Below are positions 9,335-19,675 of a stretch of 53,424 nucleotides of DNA, one piece after another. Both the position numbers and the translations under genes were made by a program. This DNA comes from Dehalococcoidia bacterium (GTDB lineage Bacteria > Chloroflexota > Dehalococcoidia > Lucifugimonadales > Lucifugimonadaceae). The stretch lies in NCBI GenBank assembly GCA_002723375.1, contig PBNX01000013.1:1-53424 (forward strand). The letters are read 5' to 3'. The notes beneath the pieces were generated by a model. That model was given only the letters and a program-made list of their open reading frames with translations, was not told the origin of the DNA and ran no database searches. Numbering within the stretch: position 1 is the stretch's first letter; every line of letters begins with the position of its first letter.

Positions 9335-10804
9335 ATGGAGTATAATGTTTTGATGTCATTTGAACCTATAATTGGGCTTGAAGTCCATGTGCAACTAAAT
9401 ACTAATAGTAAAATGTTCTGTTCTTGTTCTGGATCATATCAAGAAATTGAGCCTAATAGCTTGGTATGTGAAGTTTGTCTTGGGCTTCCCGGTTCACTTC
9501 CATCAGTTAATATTCAGGCTGTTAAATCAGCAATTAAATTAGGGTTATCCTTAGGATGTAAAATATCTGAAGTAACAAAATTTGATAGAAAAAATTATGT
9601 TTACCCAGATCTAATGAAAGGTTACCAGATATCTCAATTTGATATGCCAATAGCAACAAATGGAAAAATTAATATTGAAAACAAATCTTCAGAAATAATA
9701 TCTTCAATTCGAATAAATAGAGTGCACATGGAAGAAGATGTTGCTAAATTAATTCATAATGAATTAAACGATTCCGTATTTATGGATTTAAATCGGTCAG
9801 GTATGCCTCTTTTAGAAGTAGTTACAGAACCTGATTTCAGGTCTTCTGAAGAAGCAGAAAACTATTTGATCAAGCTGCAATCAATAGTTAGGTATCTTGG
9901 TATAGGCACAGCTAATATGGAAGAAGGAAGCTTTAGATGTGATGCAAATGTAAGTATCCGGCAAAAAGGAACTAAAGAGCTTAATGAAAAAGTTGAAATA
10001 AAAAATATGAATAGAATTAAGGCTGTGGCTAGAGCTATAGAGTATGAAATCTCTAGACAAAAGGAAGCTGTTGCTTCAGGGGAAAGAATAATTCAAGAAA
10101 CAAGAGGTTGGGATGATATTGAATCAAAGAGTATTCCTCAAAGATCAAAGGAAGATGCTCATGATTATAGATATTTTCCAGAACCAGATATACCAGCCAT
10201 AAAAATAACTGAAAAGTTTATAGATGAGATAAAAGAAGTTCTTCCAGAGTTGCCTGAAGATAAACAGATTAGGTATATCAATGATTTAAACTTATCTGCT
10301 TATGATGCAGGAATATTAGTATCCAACCAAAAAAAAGCTAAATTTTTTGATCAAGTATTAAACTCATCTCCAGAGCTAGATGGAAAATATGTGGCTAATT
10401 GGATAAATGTTGATTTAAATGCTATCTCGAATGCTCAAAAAGACAATGAATTAGAAAAAATGGAAATCTCCCCAGAAAATTTTGGGAAACTAATAATGCT
10501 TGTTAAAGAAGATAAAATAAATAAAAACACTGCTAAAGATTTATTGTCAGAGATATACTTAACTAATGAAGATTCGGAAAATATTTCTAAATCTAGAGGT
10601 CTTCAAAAAATTGAAGACTCTGGTCAACTTTCAGATATTGTAAGAAGCGCAATTGAATCAAATCAAGCAGCAGTAGAAGACTATATAAATGGAAAAGAAA
10701 CTGCAGTTAGATTTCTTATTGGGCAAGTCATGAAACAATCTAAAGGAACCGCTAATCCCAACTCTGCTGAAACAGAAATCATAAAACAATTAAAAAATGA
10801 ATAG
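9335..10804 (+). CDS. gatB: Asp-tRNA(Asn)/Glu-tRNA(Gln) amidotransferase subunit B
   Basis: EPIIGLEVHVQL, KNYVYPDLMKGYQISQ, HMEEDVAKL and RSKEDAHDYRYFPEPD blocks. The ATG at 9353 (MSFEP...) may be the true start. Confidence 0.95.
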   Translation: MEYNVLMSFEPIIGLEVHVQLNTNSKMFCSCSGSYQEIEPNSLVCEVCLGLPGSLPSVNIQAVKSAIKLGLSLGCKISEVTKFDRKNYVYPDLMKGYQISQFDMPIATNGKINIENKSSEIISSIRINRVHMEEDVAKLIHNELNDSVFMDLNRSGMPLLEVVTEPDFRSSEEAENYLIKLQSIVRYLGIGTANMEEGSFRCDANVSIRQKGTKELNEKVEIKNMNRIKAVARAIEYEISRQKEAVASGERIIQETRGWDDIESKSIPQRSKEDAHDYRYFPEPDIPAIKITEKFIDEIKEVLPELPEDKQIRYINDLNLSAYDAGILVSNQKKAKFFDQVLNSSPELDGKYVANWINVDLNAISNAQKDNELEKMEISPENFGKLIMLVKEDKINKNTAKDLLSEIYLTNEDSENISKSRGLQKIEDSGQLSDIVRSAIESNQAAVEDYINGKETAVRFLIGQVMKQSKGTANPNSAETEIIKQLKNE

Positions 10805-11729
10805 TATGCCAAAAGTAACTGGAATAGGTGGCGGAACAGGTCTATCTACTTTATTTAGAGGGCTTAGAAATAAAAAATTAGATATTTCTGGAATAATTTC
10901 TGTAACAGACGATGGAGGGAGTTCTGGAAGATTAAGAGAGGGATTTGGAATATTGCCTCCAGGAGATTTCAGGAATTGCTTAGTAGCCTTGTCAGATACT
11001 GAACCAATACTACAAAAATTATTTCAACATAGGTTCGAAGGGAATGACCCGTTATCTGGTCATTCTTTTGGCAATCTTTTTATACTTGCTATGGAAGAAA
11101 TTACGGGTAGCTTTGAAGAAGCACTCGAAGAATCTTGCAAGATTTTAAATGTAAAAGGCAAATTAATACCCTCAACTCTTGATCAGATAAATTTATCTGC
11201 AGAAATGAAAGATGGGGCTATAATTAATGGAGAATCAAATATTCAAAAAAATTCTTCAGGTATAAATAAGTTGAATCTTAACCCTATTTCTCCATATCCT
11301 AATCAAAAGGCTATAGAAGAAATTTTGAATACAGATTATATCATTATAGGACCAGGCTCATTATTTACTAGCATAATACCTAATTTTCTTGTTCCTGAAA
11401 TTTCAGAGTATATAAAAAAGTCTTCTGCCAAGAAAATATATGTCTGTAATATAGCTACACAATTTGGAGAAACTAATGGTTTTGATGCATGCGATCACGT
11501 ACAAACTCTGCTAGATTACAGTGATAATTTAAAATTAGATTACATAATTGTGAATAACAATATAGGAAATTTAGGAGAAGGTTTCCCAACAAGCAAATGT
11601 GTTGAAATTGGAAACTTAAAAGAGGAATGGGGGGAGGTAATCTTGAAAGACTTAATGAATACTAACTTTAAAGGACACCATGACTCTGATAAACTGTCGA
11701 ACGTAATAATGGATATAATAAATAAATAA
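10797..11729 (+). CDS. yvcK: YvcK/CofD-family gluconeogenesis factor (UPF0052)
   Basis: GGGTGLSTLFRGL, VTDDGGSSGRLR, PGDFRNCLVAL and GPGSLFTSIIPN blocks. Confidence 0.88.
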   Translation: MNSMPKVTGIGGGTGLSTLFRGLRNKKLDISGIISVTDDGGSSGRLREGFGILPPGDFRNCLVALSDTEPILQKLFQHRFEGNDPLSGHSFGNLFILAMEEITGSFEEALEESCKILNVKGKLIPSTLDQINLSAEMKDGAIINGESNIQKNSSGINKLNLNPISPYPNQKAIEEILNTDYIIIGPGSLFTSIIPNFLVPEISEYIKKSSAKKIYVCNIATQFGETNGFDACDHVQTLLDYSDNLKLDYIIVNNNIGNLGEGFPTSKCVEIGNLKEEWGEVILKDLMNTNFKGHHDSDKLSNVIMDIINK

Positions 11730-11932
11730 TGTTTACAATAATTGAAATAATAATTTCCTTGGCCTTAATAGGAATAATACTTTTGCAAGTTAGAGGTAGC
11801 GGAACTGCTCTTTTTGGTCAAGCTGAAAGTTCATTTAGAGTCAGAAGAGGCTTTGAAAGGCTTTTATTTAGAGGTACTGTAGCCTTAGCAATAATTTTTG
11901 TTGTTGTTGCTGTGCTAAATGTTAGATTTTAG
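11729..11932 (+). CDS. secG: Preprotein translocase subunit SecG
   Basis: 67 aa with two TM helices and a Gly-rich loop (LLQVRGSGTALFG), as in SecG. Confidence 0.65.
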   Translation: MFTIIEIIISLALIGIILLQVRGSGTALFGQAESSFRVRRGFERLLFRGTVALAIIFVVVAVLNVRF

Positions 11933-13288
11933 ATTAATTCCCAGTCCGTTTTTCCCCCTGGCTTATCAATTAATTTTACTCCTTTTTCAATTAATATATC
12001 CCTTATTTGATCAGACTTAGTAAATTCTTTGTTTTTTCTATATGTTTCTCTTTTATTGATTAATTCTCTTATCTCAATGTCATCTATATCATTTTTTAAA
12101 TCTTTTTTACTCTGACATAAACCAAGTACAGAAACCATAGTATTAAGTGTTTTTCTAGCTTCTCGGGTATCATGACCCTTATTATTACCAGAATTAATTT
12201 TTTTTGAAAGTAAAAGTACTTGAGAAAGAGCGACAGGAGTATTTAAATCTGAAGACAGTGCGTTAATAAAAATTTCTTTTTCCTTTGCATAATCTGTATT
12301 TTCAGTATTATTATTTTCTACATTTTTGAGTGACTCTCTTAATCTAGATAAGGGCCTAGACTGACTAGAAATTAGCTCCTTAGAATAAATTAATGGACTT
12401 CTATAATGTGATGATAGTATCCACATTCTAATTTGGTCTGAATCAAACTCATTTAAAGCCTCTCTAACTGTAATAAGGTTTCCTAGAGACTTACTCATCT
12501 TTTCACCTGAAAGCTTTACCATTCCATTATGCATCCATATGTTTGCAAATTTTTTTCCAGTCAAAGACTCACTTTGAGCAATTTCATTTTCATGATGAGG
12601 AAATATTAAATCAATTCCTCCACCATGAATATCAACAGTTTCTCCAATATTATTAATTACCATAGAACTGCATTCAATATGCCAACCTGGCCTGCCTAAC
12701 CCCCAAGGAGATTTCCAGCCTGGCTCATCATTTTTCGCTGATTTCCATAATGCAAAATCTTCTTGAGACTCTTTCCCTAAATCAATATTAACTCTCGTGC
12801 CTGTTTTAGCATCATCTAATTTCCTGCCACTAAGTTTTCCATATTCATCAAATTTATTTGCCCTAAAATAAACACTATTATTTTTAATATAAGTTAAGTC
12901 TTTTTTTTTCTAGATCCAATATAAATGAAATTATATTTTCTATTTCTTCTGTTGCTTTGGGATAAATTGATGCTCTTTTAATTCCTAGAGCATCCATATC
13001 TTCAAAGAATGCTTTGGTATATTTTTCAGCAACTTCTTTCATGGAAGTTCCTTCTTCAATTGATTTATTTAAGATTTTATCGTCTACATCTGTAAAATTT
13101 TGCACTCTATACACATCAAATTTTTGATGAGACAAAAATCTATCAAGTACTTCAAATACTATTGATGAAAATGCATGACCTAAATGACAATAATCTGATG
13201 TAGTTATTCCGCAAACGTACAAATTAATTTTTTTTGCAGGTCCTAGCCTTGCATACTTTCGTGAAAAAGAGTCGTATATTTCAATCAT
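11929..13288 (-). CDS. cysS: Cysteine--tRNA ligase with its reading frame broken by one extra base in an A9 homopolymer (T9 at 12901-12909 on the + strand)
   Basis: The N-terminal fragment (12884-13288) carries the HIGH box (CHLGHAFS). The second frame is open over 11929-12909. It encodes [15 protein letters not shown]...[10 protein letters not shown]...[15 protein letters not shown]...KMSKS. Removing one A restores [12 protein letters not shown] across the junction. Confidence 0.9.
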
Positions 13289-14456
13289 TTGATTCTTTCA
13301 ATGTAACAGTACATAAAGTCCCAATAGCATCTCCAGACCCTATTAACCCAATTTTATCAGTAGAAGTTACTTTTAAATTTATTTTTTTAATATCCAAGTT
13401 TAGTAAATTAGATAGACTTTGTTCAATTTTAATTAATATTTCTGATAATTTAGGTCTTTGAATAATAATCTGAATATCTAAATGAAAAATTTCAAAATTT
13501 AATTCTCTCATTAATTCTATTGCTTTAAATAAAAATATTTCAGAAGACGCATTCTTCCATTGATCTTGAGTCGATGGAAAATATTTTCCCAGATCTCCCT
13601 GTCCAAGGGCCCCAATAATAGAATCTGTTATTGCGTGAAGTACAACATCAGCATCGCTATGTCCTTCTAAGCATTTTTCAAAGGGAATTTCAAAACCTCC
13701 CAATATTAATTTATCTCCCTCAATTAACTTATGAACATCTGAAGAGATGCCATTTTTAAAGCTAGTACTTCGTTCTAAATTTTTTAAAAACTTTAGATCC
13801 TCTTGAGTAGTTATTTTTTGATTCTCTACATTTCCATTAATGCAAACCACCTGGTACCCATTTATCTCTAATAGTTCCGACTCATCTGTATAATTTATTC
13901 TTTCTGAAGTATCGCCAATACACTTTTTTAAAATATTAAATTTGAAAAACTGAGGAGTTTGAGATCTAAATAATTTATTACGATCTAAAGTTTCAACGAC
14001 TTCATTAGAGTCAACTTTTTTTACTGTGTCTTGTATAGGTATGATTGGAATTACTCCGTTATTATTATCTAATAATTCCATCCCTTTAGTTAAAATTGAT
14101 TTTATAAAATGAGGTCTTGCTGAATCATGAATTACAACCTTACCAACGGAAAATTGGCTAAGATAATCTATAGCGATTGCCACAGAATCTTGACGTCTTT
14201 CACCACCTAATATTACCTCGCATGAAAACTTATAATGAAGAATTAAATTTTTTATTTCTGAAATATTCTCTTTTGAAGCAGTAATTACTATTTTAGTAAA
14301 TAAATTTGAGTCTTCAAATTTTCTTAGGGATTTTATAAATATTGGAATATCATCATAAACTAAAGTGGGTTTATCTAACCCATCCATTCGAGAGCTTCTT
14401 CCAGCACATAATAATATAGCCCCAGTCAATTGGTTTTCATTTTGATTTAGATTCAC
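13281..14456 (-). CDS. ispDF: Bifunctional IspD/IspF: 2-C-methyl-D-erythritol 4-phosphate cytidylyltransferase fused to MEcPP synthase
   Basis: The N-terminal half has the IspD motif LLCAGRSSRM. The C-terminal half has the IspF motifs DVHKL..G and EGHSDADVVLHAITD. GTG start. Confidence 0.92.
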   Translation of the reverse strand: MNLNQNENQLTGAILLCAGRSSRMDGLDKPTLVYDDIPIFIKSLRKFEDSNLFTKIVITASKENISEIKNLILHYKFSCEVILGGERRQDSVAIAIDYLSQFSVGKVVIHDSARPHFIKSILTKGMELLDNNNGVIPIIPIQDTVKKVDSNEVVETLDRNKLFRSQTPQFFKFNILKKCIGDTSERINYTDESELLEINGYQVVCINGNVENQKITTQEDLKFLKNLERSTSFKNGISSDVHKLIEGDKLILGGFEIPFEKCLEGHSDADVVLHAITDSIIGALGQGDLGKYFPSTQDQWKNASSEIFLFKAIELMRELNFEIFHLDIQIIIQRPKLSEILIKIEQSLSNLLNLDIKKINLKVTSTDKIGLIGSGDAIGTLCTVTLKESND

Positions 14457-14496
14457 AAATCAAACTTTATCACAATTAAATCAAAGAATTTATTTT

Positions 14497-16956
14497 TTAT
14501 TTAGCCTTGACTCTAGTTTTGGTTTTTTCAATCTTCTTATCTTTATCAATTGATAAAATTCCATTTTTTAAATTAATTGACACTGAATCCCCTTCAGTAA
14601 ATTCACTCGATAACATTTTCTTAGCAAATTCATTTTCTATGCTTCTTTGAACTACTCTTTTTAAAGGTCTTGCCCCGTAAGATTTATCAAATCCATTTTT
14701 AACTAGCCAATCAAGTGCTTTCTTCGATATCTTCATCACAATTCCTAATTTAGATACTCTTTCAATAAACTTATTAGTAACTATTAATGCAATTTTTGAA
14801 AGCTCTTCATGAGTCAAAGAGTCAAAAATTATAGTCTCATCTACTCTATTAAGAAATTCTGGCCTAAAATGCTCAACCAAAGCATCTTCTACTTTTGATT
14901 TCCTGTTTTGAATTTCACTATTTGATCCGGAAAATCCTATTGATTCTTTTGCAATATGAGTTGAACCTAAATTACTAGTCATAATTATCACTGTATTTCT
15001 GAAGTTAACAGTTCTGCCATGACCATCTGTTAGTCTCCCATCATCAAGTAATTGCAACAGCAAGTTCATTACATCAGGATGAGCCTTTTCAATTTCATCA
15101 AATAAAATAACCCTAAAAGGCCTTTTTCTTACAGCCTCAGTTAATTGCCCAGCGTCATCATAACCTACATAGCCAGGAGGGGCCCCAATCAATCTAGTTG
15201 AGGATCCTTTATCCATATATTCAGACATATCAATTCTTACCATATTATCTTCATCATCAAATAAGCTTTCTGCTAATGCTCTTGCTAATTCTGTCTTACC
15301 TACACCTGTTGGGCCTAAGAAAATAAATGTTCCTACTGGTCTTTTAGGATCGCTAACACCTGACCTTTGCCTCCTAATGGCATTAGATAATGCTGTAACA
15401 GCATCTTCTTGGCCGACAAGTCTTTCATGAAGCCTGCTTTCTAAATTCAAAAGCCTCTCTTTATCTTTTTCTATTAATCTAGCTACTGGAATATCAGTTC
15501 TTTCTGCTATTAAAGTGGCTATGCTTTCAGAGTCTACAATTCTAGTGTTATAAACTTTCTTATTATTATCTTCAGAAATCATTTCTTTATGCAGACCTAA
15601 TCTTTCAGATTTTAATTTTGCAGCTGCCTCAAAATCATTTCTCCCGGAAGCTGCCTCTTCTTTGTCTAATAAATTTTTTATCTGGTCATCGTAACCTTTA
15701 ATATTAGATGGCAAGGACTCAGAATTAATTCTAAGTTTAGCTGCCGCTTCATCTATTAAATCTATGGCCTTATCAGGAAGATATCTTTCTGTAATATATC
15801 TTGCACTTAAATTAACAGAAGATTCTAAGGCTGAATCAGTAATTTGAATTTTATGATGTTTTTCGTATCTTGGCCTCAATATTTTTAACATTTCTACTGC
15901 AATTTCTTGATCAGGCTCATTAACATTTACTGGAGTAAACCTCCTTTCAAGTGCTTTATCAGATTCAATATATTTTCTGTATTCTTCTGGAGTAGTTGCT
16001 CCAATTAATTGAACTTCTCCTCTAGCAAGAGCAGGTTTCATCATATTTGCTGCATCTATTGCTCCCTCCGCTCCTCCTGCTCCAACAACTATATGTATCT
16101 CATCAATAAATAAAACAATTTCTCCTGATGCAGCCCTTATTTCATCCATAACAGCGGTTAATCTTTCCTCAAACTCACCTCTGAACTTTGCGCCAGCAAG
16201 CAAGGATGCCATTTCTAATTTAAGCAATTTTCTATTTTTTAAAGATTCTGGAACATCATCAATTACTATACTTTGTGCAAGACCTTCAACAATAGCAGTT
16301 TTGCCTACACCAGCATCACCTATGATCACAGGATTGTTTTTAGTTCTTCGAGTAAGAGTTTGAAGTACTCTTTGGATCTCTTTCTCTCTTCCTACAACCG
16401 GATCAAGTTTTCCTGCTCTAGCTAATTTAGTTAAATCAACACTATATTTTTCTAAAGCTTGATATTTTTTTTCTGCGCCTGGATCGGTAACACGTTGGCT
16501 TCCTCTGATTTCTTTAAGGGCATGATATATCCTTTCCATCGTTATATTATTTAATTTTAATAACCTATCAACTTCCCCATCTTCAAGAATAAGCAATCCT
16601 TTTAATAAGTGCTCTACAGCAACAAATTCATCATTTAATCTTAATCTCTCTTCTTCAGCTTCATCCAACACTTTCTTCAATCTTGGTTCAATATATACCA
16701 TTCTTGTGGAAGACTGTGCCTGGCCTAGGGTAGGCAGTTTTTTTAATGAAAACTCTAAGTCTTTTTTTATCTCTCCAACATCTGCCCCCAGAAAATCAAA
16801 TATTTTTGTTGCCATTCCATCTTTAATTGACAACATCCCTAAAGCTAAATGTTCTGCATCTAGTTGAGCATTGCGCATATCTGATGCCCAAGCATGAGCT
16901 CGCTCAATTGCTTCTAATGCCTCATTTGTATAATCTTCTCTTCTAGGTGAAACCAC
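14497..16956 (-). CDS. clpC: AAA+ chaperone/Clp protease ATPase, ClpC type
   Basis: Two Walker A boxes (GDAGVGKT, GPTGVGKT). The short middle domain has a UVR-like DFEAAAKLKSE rather than the long ClpB coiled coil. An IGF ClpP-docking tripeptide is present (ESIGFSG). Confidence 0.85.
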   Translation of the reverse strand: MVSPRREDYTNEALEAIERAHAWASDMRNAQLDAEHLALGMLSIKDGMATKIFDFLGADVGEIKKDLEFSLKKLPTLGQAQSSTRMVYIEPRLKKVLDEAEEERLRLNDEFVAVEHLLKGLLILEDGEVDRLLKLNNITMERIYHALKEIRGSQRVTDPGAEKKYQALEKYSVDLTKLARAGKLDPVVGREKEIQRVLQTLTRRTKNNPVIIGDAGVGKTAIVEGLAQSIVIDDVPESLKNRKLLKLEMASLLAGAKFRGEFEERLTAVMDEIRAASGEIVLFIDEIHIVVGAGGAEGAIDAANMMKPALARGEVQLIGATTPEEYRKYIESDKALERRFTPVNVNEPDQEIAVEMLKILRPRYEKHHKIQITDSALESSVNLSARYITERYLPDKAIDLIDEAAAKLRINSESLPSNIKGYDDQIKNLLDKEEAASGRNDFEAAAKLKSERLGLHKEMISEDNNKKVYNTRIVDSESIATLIAERTDIPVARLIEKDKERLLNLESRLHERLVGQEDAVTALSNAIRRQRSGVSDPKRPVGTFIFLGPTGVGKTELARALAESLFDDEDNMVRIDMSEYMDKGSSTRLIGAPPGYVGYDDAGQLTEAVRKRPFRVILFDEIEKAHPDVMNLLLQLLDDGRLTDGHGRTVNFRNTVIIMTSNLGSTHIAKESIGFSGSNSEIQNRKSKVEDALVEHFRPEFLNRVDETIIFDSLTHEELSKIALIVTNKFIERVSKLGIVMKISKKALDWLVKNGFDKSYGARPLKRVVQRSIENEFAKKMLSSEFTEGDSVSINLKNGILSIDKDKKIEKTKTRVKAK

Positions 16957-17119
16957 TATTTCCTTTCAATAAATAATTTTATATATGCCATATTCTATTT
17001 CTTATTACATAATGCATATTATAACTTGATATGAATCATGTCAACAATACTTTTATTTATTTCTTGTTACAAATATACTTAGTTTTTTCGCTCATTGGAA
17101 TGTAAAATCTAATCTATAA

Positions 17120-18151
17120 ATGGAAAAATTTAATAAAAAACCTAATTTTTTAACAAAATATGAAGTAATAATTAGCGATTACTTAAAATCTTCAGTACTT
17201 TCCTATGACGGAGATATTTCTAAATATATAAATAATTATTTTGGATGGGAAGATAAAGACCTAGTAAATTCTTATCAAGGAAAAGCATTTAGACCAGCTT
17301 TATGTATTGCTTTATGTGATTCATTATCTGGAGATATTAATGCTGCCTTACCATGCTCTATATCAGTAGAATTAGTACATAACTTCTCTTTAATTCATGA
17401 TGACATTGAAGATAATGACAAATTAAGAAGACACAAACCGACATTATGGACAATCTGGGGAATACCAAAAGCTTTAATTACAGGCAATTCAATACTTGTT
17501 CTAGGTAATCAAAAATTAGAAGAGTTACTTGAATATGGCATTAGCAAGGAAAAATTATTCTTTTCACAAAAACTACTTACTGAGAGTTACCTAAAAATGA
17601 TGGAAGGCCAATTTCTGGATATTTCATTCGAAAAAAAATCTAGAATTTCAGAGGACGAATACCTAAAAATGATTGGCTTGAAAACCGGAGCATTAATTGA
17701 ATGCTCAGTTATTTTAGGTGCTATTTCATCAAATAAAAAACTATCCAATACCGAATTGCAATTAATTTCAGATTTCGGAAAAGATATAGGATTATTATTT
17801 CAAATAAGAGACGACATTTTAGGTGTATGGGGAACTGACAAAACAGGAAAACCTGTTGGCGGGGATATAAAAAAGAAGAAGAAAAGCCTTCCCATAATAT
17901 TAACTATAAATAGTAATTCAGCTTACGAAAATGAAATAAATGAGATAATGGAAAAAAATGAAATACATGAAGATGATATAAAAAAATTTCTATATATAAT
18001 GGACAAAATTGATATTAAGAATAAATGTGATGACATAGCTGAAAAATATTTATCAAAAATACGAAATACAATTTCTAATATACCCACTTCTCAAGAACAT
18101 AAAAAAACATTTAATGAAATAACAAATTTTTTAATGAGTAGAGAAACTTAG
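17120..18151 (+). CDS. trans-Polyprenyl diphosphate synthase (FPP/GGPP synthase class)
   Basis: First Asp-rich motif LIHDDIEDND and second Asp-rich motif FQIRDDILG. Product chain length cannot be assigned from sequence alone. Confidence 0.88.
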   Translation: MEKFNKKPNFLTKYEVIISDYLKSSVLSYDGDISKYINNYFGWEDKDLVNSYQGKAFRPALCIALCDSLSGDINAALPCSISVELVHNFSLIHDDIEDNDKLRRHKPTLWTIWGIPKALITGNSILVLGNQKLEELLEYGISKEKLFFSQKLLTESYLKMMEGQFLDISFEKKSRISEDEYLKMIGLKTGALIECSVILGAISSNKKLSNTELQLISDFGKDIGLLFQIRDDILGVWGTDKTGKPVGGDIKKKKKSLPIILTINSNSAYENEINEIMEKNEIHEDDIKKFLYIMDKIDIKNKCDDIAEKYLSKIRNTISNIPTSQEHKKTFNEITNFLMSRET

Positions 18152-18799
18152 ATGATATTAATTTGCGCAAAAGAAAATTTTAATTTAGAAGATTCGCTAG
18201 AATTATCTGGTTTGAAATTAACATCTTGTCCTGGAGAATTGAAAATTTATATCGCTAACTCAAAAATTTTAAAAGACGAAATCCTGCTATTTAAGTGCAC
18301 AGAATCTATAGTTCACTGCAAGGTAGGAATTAAATGGTCTTTAGACAATTATAATCAAATAAGCTCGTCAATATTTATTGGCCTTGTAGAGCCGATAAGT
18401 TCATCGATTTTAAAAAGTCAGATTATAATACCAATCAATCTGTTTAATATTGATCAGCCAGAACTAGAATGGAGCGAAGGCATAAGCCCTGACTCAATAA
18501 AAATTGATTCTCAGGAACAAAAAAATATAAGGTATTCTATATATAAATCTAATTTAGATTTTTCATATGGGAGCATAGTAAGCCTAAATAATAATAATTA
18601 CTCAGAGCATATTATCGAAGAACTAAAATCTATAAATAAATTTGACGGAATAAATAACTTATGCTTCACAATTAATGATATTCTTACATCTTCAAAAGTA
18701 GGCACTTGCAACATATTAATAGGAAATCCAAAAGAATATTTATCTTCAAAGAAAATAAAATTAAAAAGTGTTTTTGAAAATTTAATTATGAACGATTAA
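18152..18799 (+). CDS. Hypothetical 215-aa protein, translationally coupled inside the squalene-synthesis operon
   Basis: Its ATG directly abuts the upstream stop (TAGATG), and its own stop abuts the next start (TAAATG). I recognised no family motif. Confidence 0.6.
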   Translation: MILICAKENFNLEDSLELSGLKLTSCPGELKIYIANSKILKDEILLFKCTESIVHCKVGIKWSLDNYNQISSSIFIGLVEPISSSILKSQIIIPINLFNIDQPELEWSEGISPDSIKIDSQEQKNIRYSIYKSNLDFSYGSIVSLNNNNYSEHIIEELKSINKFDGINNLCFTINDILTSSKVGTCNILIGNPKEYLSSKKIKLKSVFENLIMND

Positions 18800-19675
18800 A
18801 TGAATATTCAAAATATAAAAAATAAAAAGAAAATCCAAAATACTTATGAAAACTTTCCTTTATGGTCGTCTTTTTATTTAAAAAATTTAATGCCTCATTT
18901 TGCTTCAATTTATTATTTCTGCAGAACAGTGGACGACCTAGGTGATATGAAAAAGAATATTGCTGAAAAAAAACTTGAGGTTTTAACCAATGAACTTAAT
19001 GCATGCTTTGAAAAAAATTGTAACCCCAGCGATAGGTTATTTCCATTGATGAGCACAATAATAAAATTTGATATGCCTAAAAGTCCTTTTGAAAAACTTA
19101 TTAAAGCAAATTATTTAGATATAAAAAATAATAGATTTGAAACATTTAATGATTTAATTAACTATTGTAATCTCTCAGCTAATCCTGTCGGAGAAATTGT
19201 TTTAAAGATTTTTGGTCACAATTCATCAAAGCATATTAATTTATCCAACAAGATTTGCACAGGATTGCAAATTGTTAATTTTTTACAAGACGTCAAAAGG
19301 GATTCAGAACTCAAAAAAATATATATCCCAATTGAAGACCTAAAAGAGTATAACGTAAAAGAAAGTGAGATTATTAATCATGTCTCAACAGAAAATTACA
19401 TTAAACTAATAGAATTTGAGTCCAGAAGATGTTGGGAAATGTTCAATAACGGCACACAATTAATAAACATTTTAAAAGGTTACCAAAAAATACCAATTAG
19501 CCTATTTATCGATAGCGGAAGAAAATTAATAAAAAAAATACATGGCATTAATTACGAAACTCTTCAACTAAGGCCAGTTATTACAAAATCTGAAAAATCA
19601 TTATTAACTTTTAAAGTAATGACTAGGTATTTATTAGGCCTCAATCTAGCAAGTAAAAAAATATACCTTGAATAA
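18800..19675 (+). CDS. hpnC: Squalene/phytoene synthase family enzyme, HpnC-like (hydroxysqualene synthase type)
   Basis: The N-terminal YENFPLWS resembles the HpnC ENFPVAS signature. Asp-rich boxes FCRTVDDLGD and NFLQDVKRD are present. Confidence 0.7.
   Translation: MNIQNIKNKKKIQNTYENFPLWSSFYLKNLMPHFASIYYFCRTVDDLGDMKKNIAEKKLEVLTNELNACFEKNCNPSDRLFPLMSTIIKFDMPKSPFEKLIKANYLDIKNNRFETFNDLINYCNLSANPVGEIVLKIFGHNSSKHINLSNKICTGLQIVNFLQDVKRDSELKKIYIPIEDLKEYNVKESEIINHVSTENYIKLIEFESRRCWEMFNNGTQLINILKGYQKIPISLFIDSGRKLIKKIHGINYETLQLRPVITKSEKSLLTFKVMTRYLLGLNLASKKIYLE

Noticed and set aside
12664-12883. The apparent 220-nt non-coding gap between two cysS fragments, which could have been an insertion or an intergenic region between two genes.
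   Set aside because: Translating the third frame shows uninterrupted CysRS sequence ([17 protein letters not shown]...[11 protein letters not shown]). The gap is an artefact of the frameshift and of the ORF caller choosing an internal Met.
16957-17119. CtsR operator (GGTCAAA direct repeat) or CIRCE element upstream of clpC.
   Set aside because: I looked on both strands of the 163-nt divergent intergenic region and found neither consensus.
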